From positions 1-46,235 of the forward strand of contig JAKQLT010000058.1 in the NCBI GenBank assembly GCA_029567025.1: a stretch of 46,235 nucleotides of DNA. The letters run 5' to 3'. Shown piece after piece: positions 45,762-46,235 of the stretch. Position numbers and translations under genes: made by a program. The notes beneath the pieces are model-generated. The model saw nothing but the letters and a program-made list of their open reading frames with translations. It searched no databases and was not told the DNA's origin. Numbering within the stretch: position 1 is the stretch's first letter; every line of letters starts with the position of its first letter. This stretch comes from Candidatus Omnitrophota bacterium (GTDB lineage: Bacteria > Omnitrophota > Gorgyraeia > Zapsychrales > Zapsychraceae).

Positions 45762-46235
45762 ATGCTACGACGCTTAAGACATAAGAAAGCGCAAGCGAAT
45801 ATGGGAGAATATGCGCTTGTTTTGATTATAACGATTAGTTTTATTTCTGCAGTTAGTTTGTATGTTCGACGGGCTTTGCAGTCTCGTCTTTTTGATGCGC
45901 GGAATCTTTTGATGCATGCAGACTGTTTCGGCTGTCTTCCTTCTAGTAGTCTTAAAAGTAATCCATCGACAAATATGTTAGGCAATATAGATATTTCATA
46001 CGAGCCATATTATACGGTCACATCATCAAAAAGATATGCAAGTTATGATGGAGAGGCAAATTTAGTTACAGATGGGACAGGAACTTCTTTTCAAAGAAAA
46101 TTTGATTCTGCGGGAGATTATTCTTCTTTAGGAATTACGTTGCCGCCTTCTGCTAGCGGAAATCCAGCACATATTGAACCATATATCAATATTATTAAAG
46201 AAAAAACGTCGGTATTGCATAATACTGTATTTATT
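45762..46235 (+). CDS. Larger pilin-like paralog, partial (>=158 aa, runs off the right edge)
   Basis: Not in the ORF track (no stop in window). My translation is MLRRLRHKKAQANMGEYALVLIITISFISAVSLYVRRALQSRLFDARNLL...ISYEPYYTVTSS... It shares the EY-hydrophobic helix, the Y-x-R-x-L-Q-x-R-L motif and the EPYY motif with the upstream paralogs. Confidence 0.65.
   Translation, partial: MLRRLRHKKAQANMGEYALVLIITISFISAVSLYVRRALQSRLFDARNLLMHADCFGCLPSSSLKSNPSTNMLGNIDISYEPYYTVTSSKRYASYDGEANLVTDGTGTSFQRKFDSAGDYSSLGITLPPSASGNPAHIEPYINIIKEKTSVLHNTVFI

Noticed and set aside
45707-45985. 92-aa minus-strand ORF
   Set aside because: It is antisense to the fifth pilin-like gene (45762 onward). That gene has an RBS-like AAAGGAAA and shares leader, helix and motifs with four upstream paralogs.

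Overview
AT-rich bacterial chromosome segment centred on the replication origin. I read it as an uncultivated, genome-streamlined diderm, but the taxon cannot be assigned from sequence alone. Every gene from 1 to 23013 is on the minus strand: a PilZ fragment, ymdB, rny, MTHFS, rarA, pheT, pheS, a TrkA-like gene, rplT, rpmI, infC, thrS, a lipoprotein, tRNA-Val/Leu/Cys, coaC, rpoZ, a 909-aa secreted protein, gmk, yicC, parB, parA, jag, yidC and rpmH. Every gene from 23547 onward is on the plus strand: dnaA, dnaN, DUF721, gyrB, gyrA, tRNA-Glu, a PilZ::PilT fusion, a 2-hydroxyacid dehydrogenase, a C-N hydrolase and mdh. These are followed by a roughly 10 kb Tad/Flp-like pilus locus running off the right edge. 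The orientation switch at rpmH|dnaA, two parS sites and DnaA-box-like 9-mers place oriC near 23.0-23.5 kb. My top candidate for an undescribed system is the pilus locus at 36150-46235. It reads: PrsA/SurA-like lipoprotein PPIase coupled to cpaB; a secretin with a C-terminal TonB_C domain; a single TadZ(CpaE)::TadA(CpaF) polypeptide; DUF192 and a 605-aa HTH protein where tadB/tadC normally sit; then five Flp-like prepilins with an archaeal-like Q at +1. A nearby PilZ::PilT fusion suggests c-di-GMP-gated retraction. Other items of interest are a repeat-dense spacer bounded by inverted repeats in the tRNA cluster, partial tandem duplications of tRNA-Val and tRNA-Cys ends, and a 909-aa exported protein with HD/HH-x-GYP-like motifs inserted between gmk and rpoZ. 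Also noted are a possible small RNA, the absence of rnpA/yidD and recF from their conserved positions, and domain-minimised ThrS, PheT and CoaC. No CRISPR array, rRNA gene, transposase or prophage was seen. All calls rest on reading the sequence and ORF translations by eye. No database search or folding computation was run, and domain boundaries are approximate.
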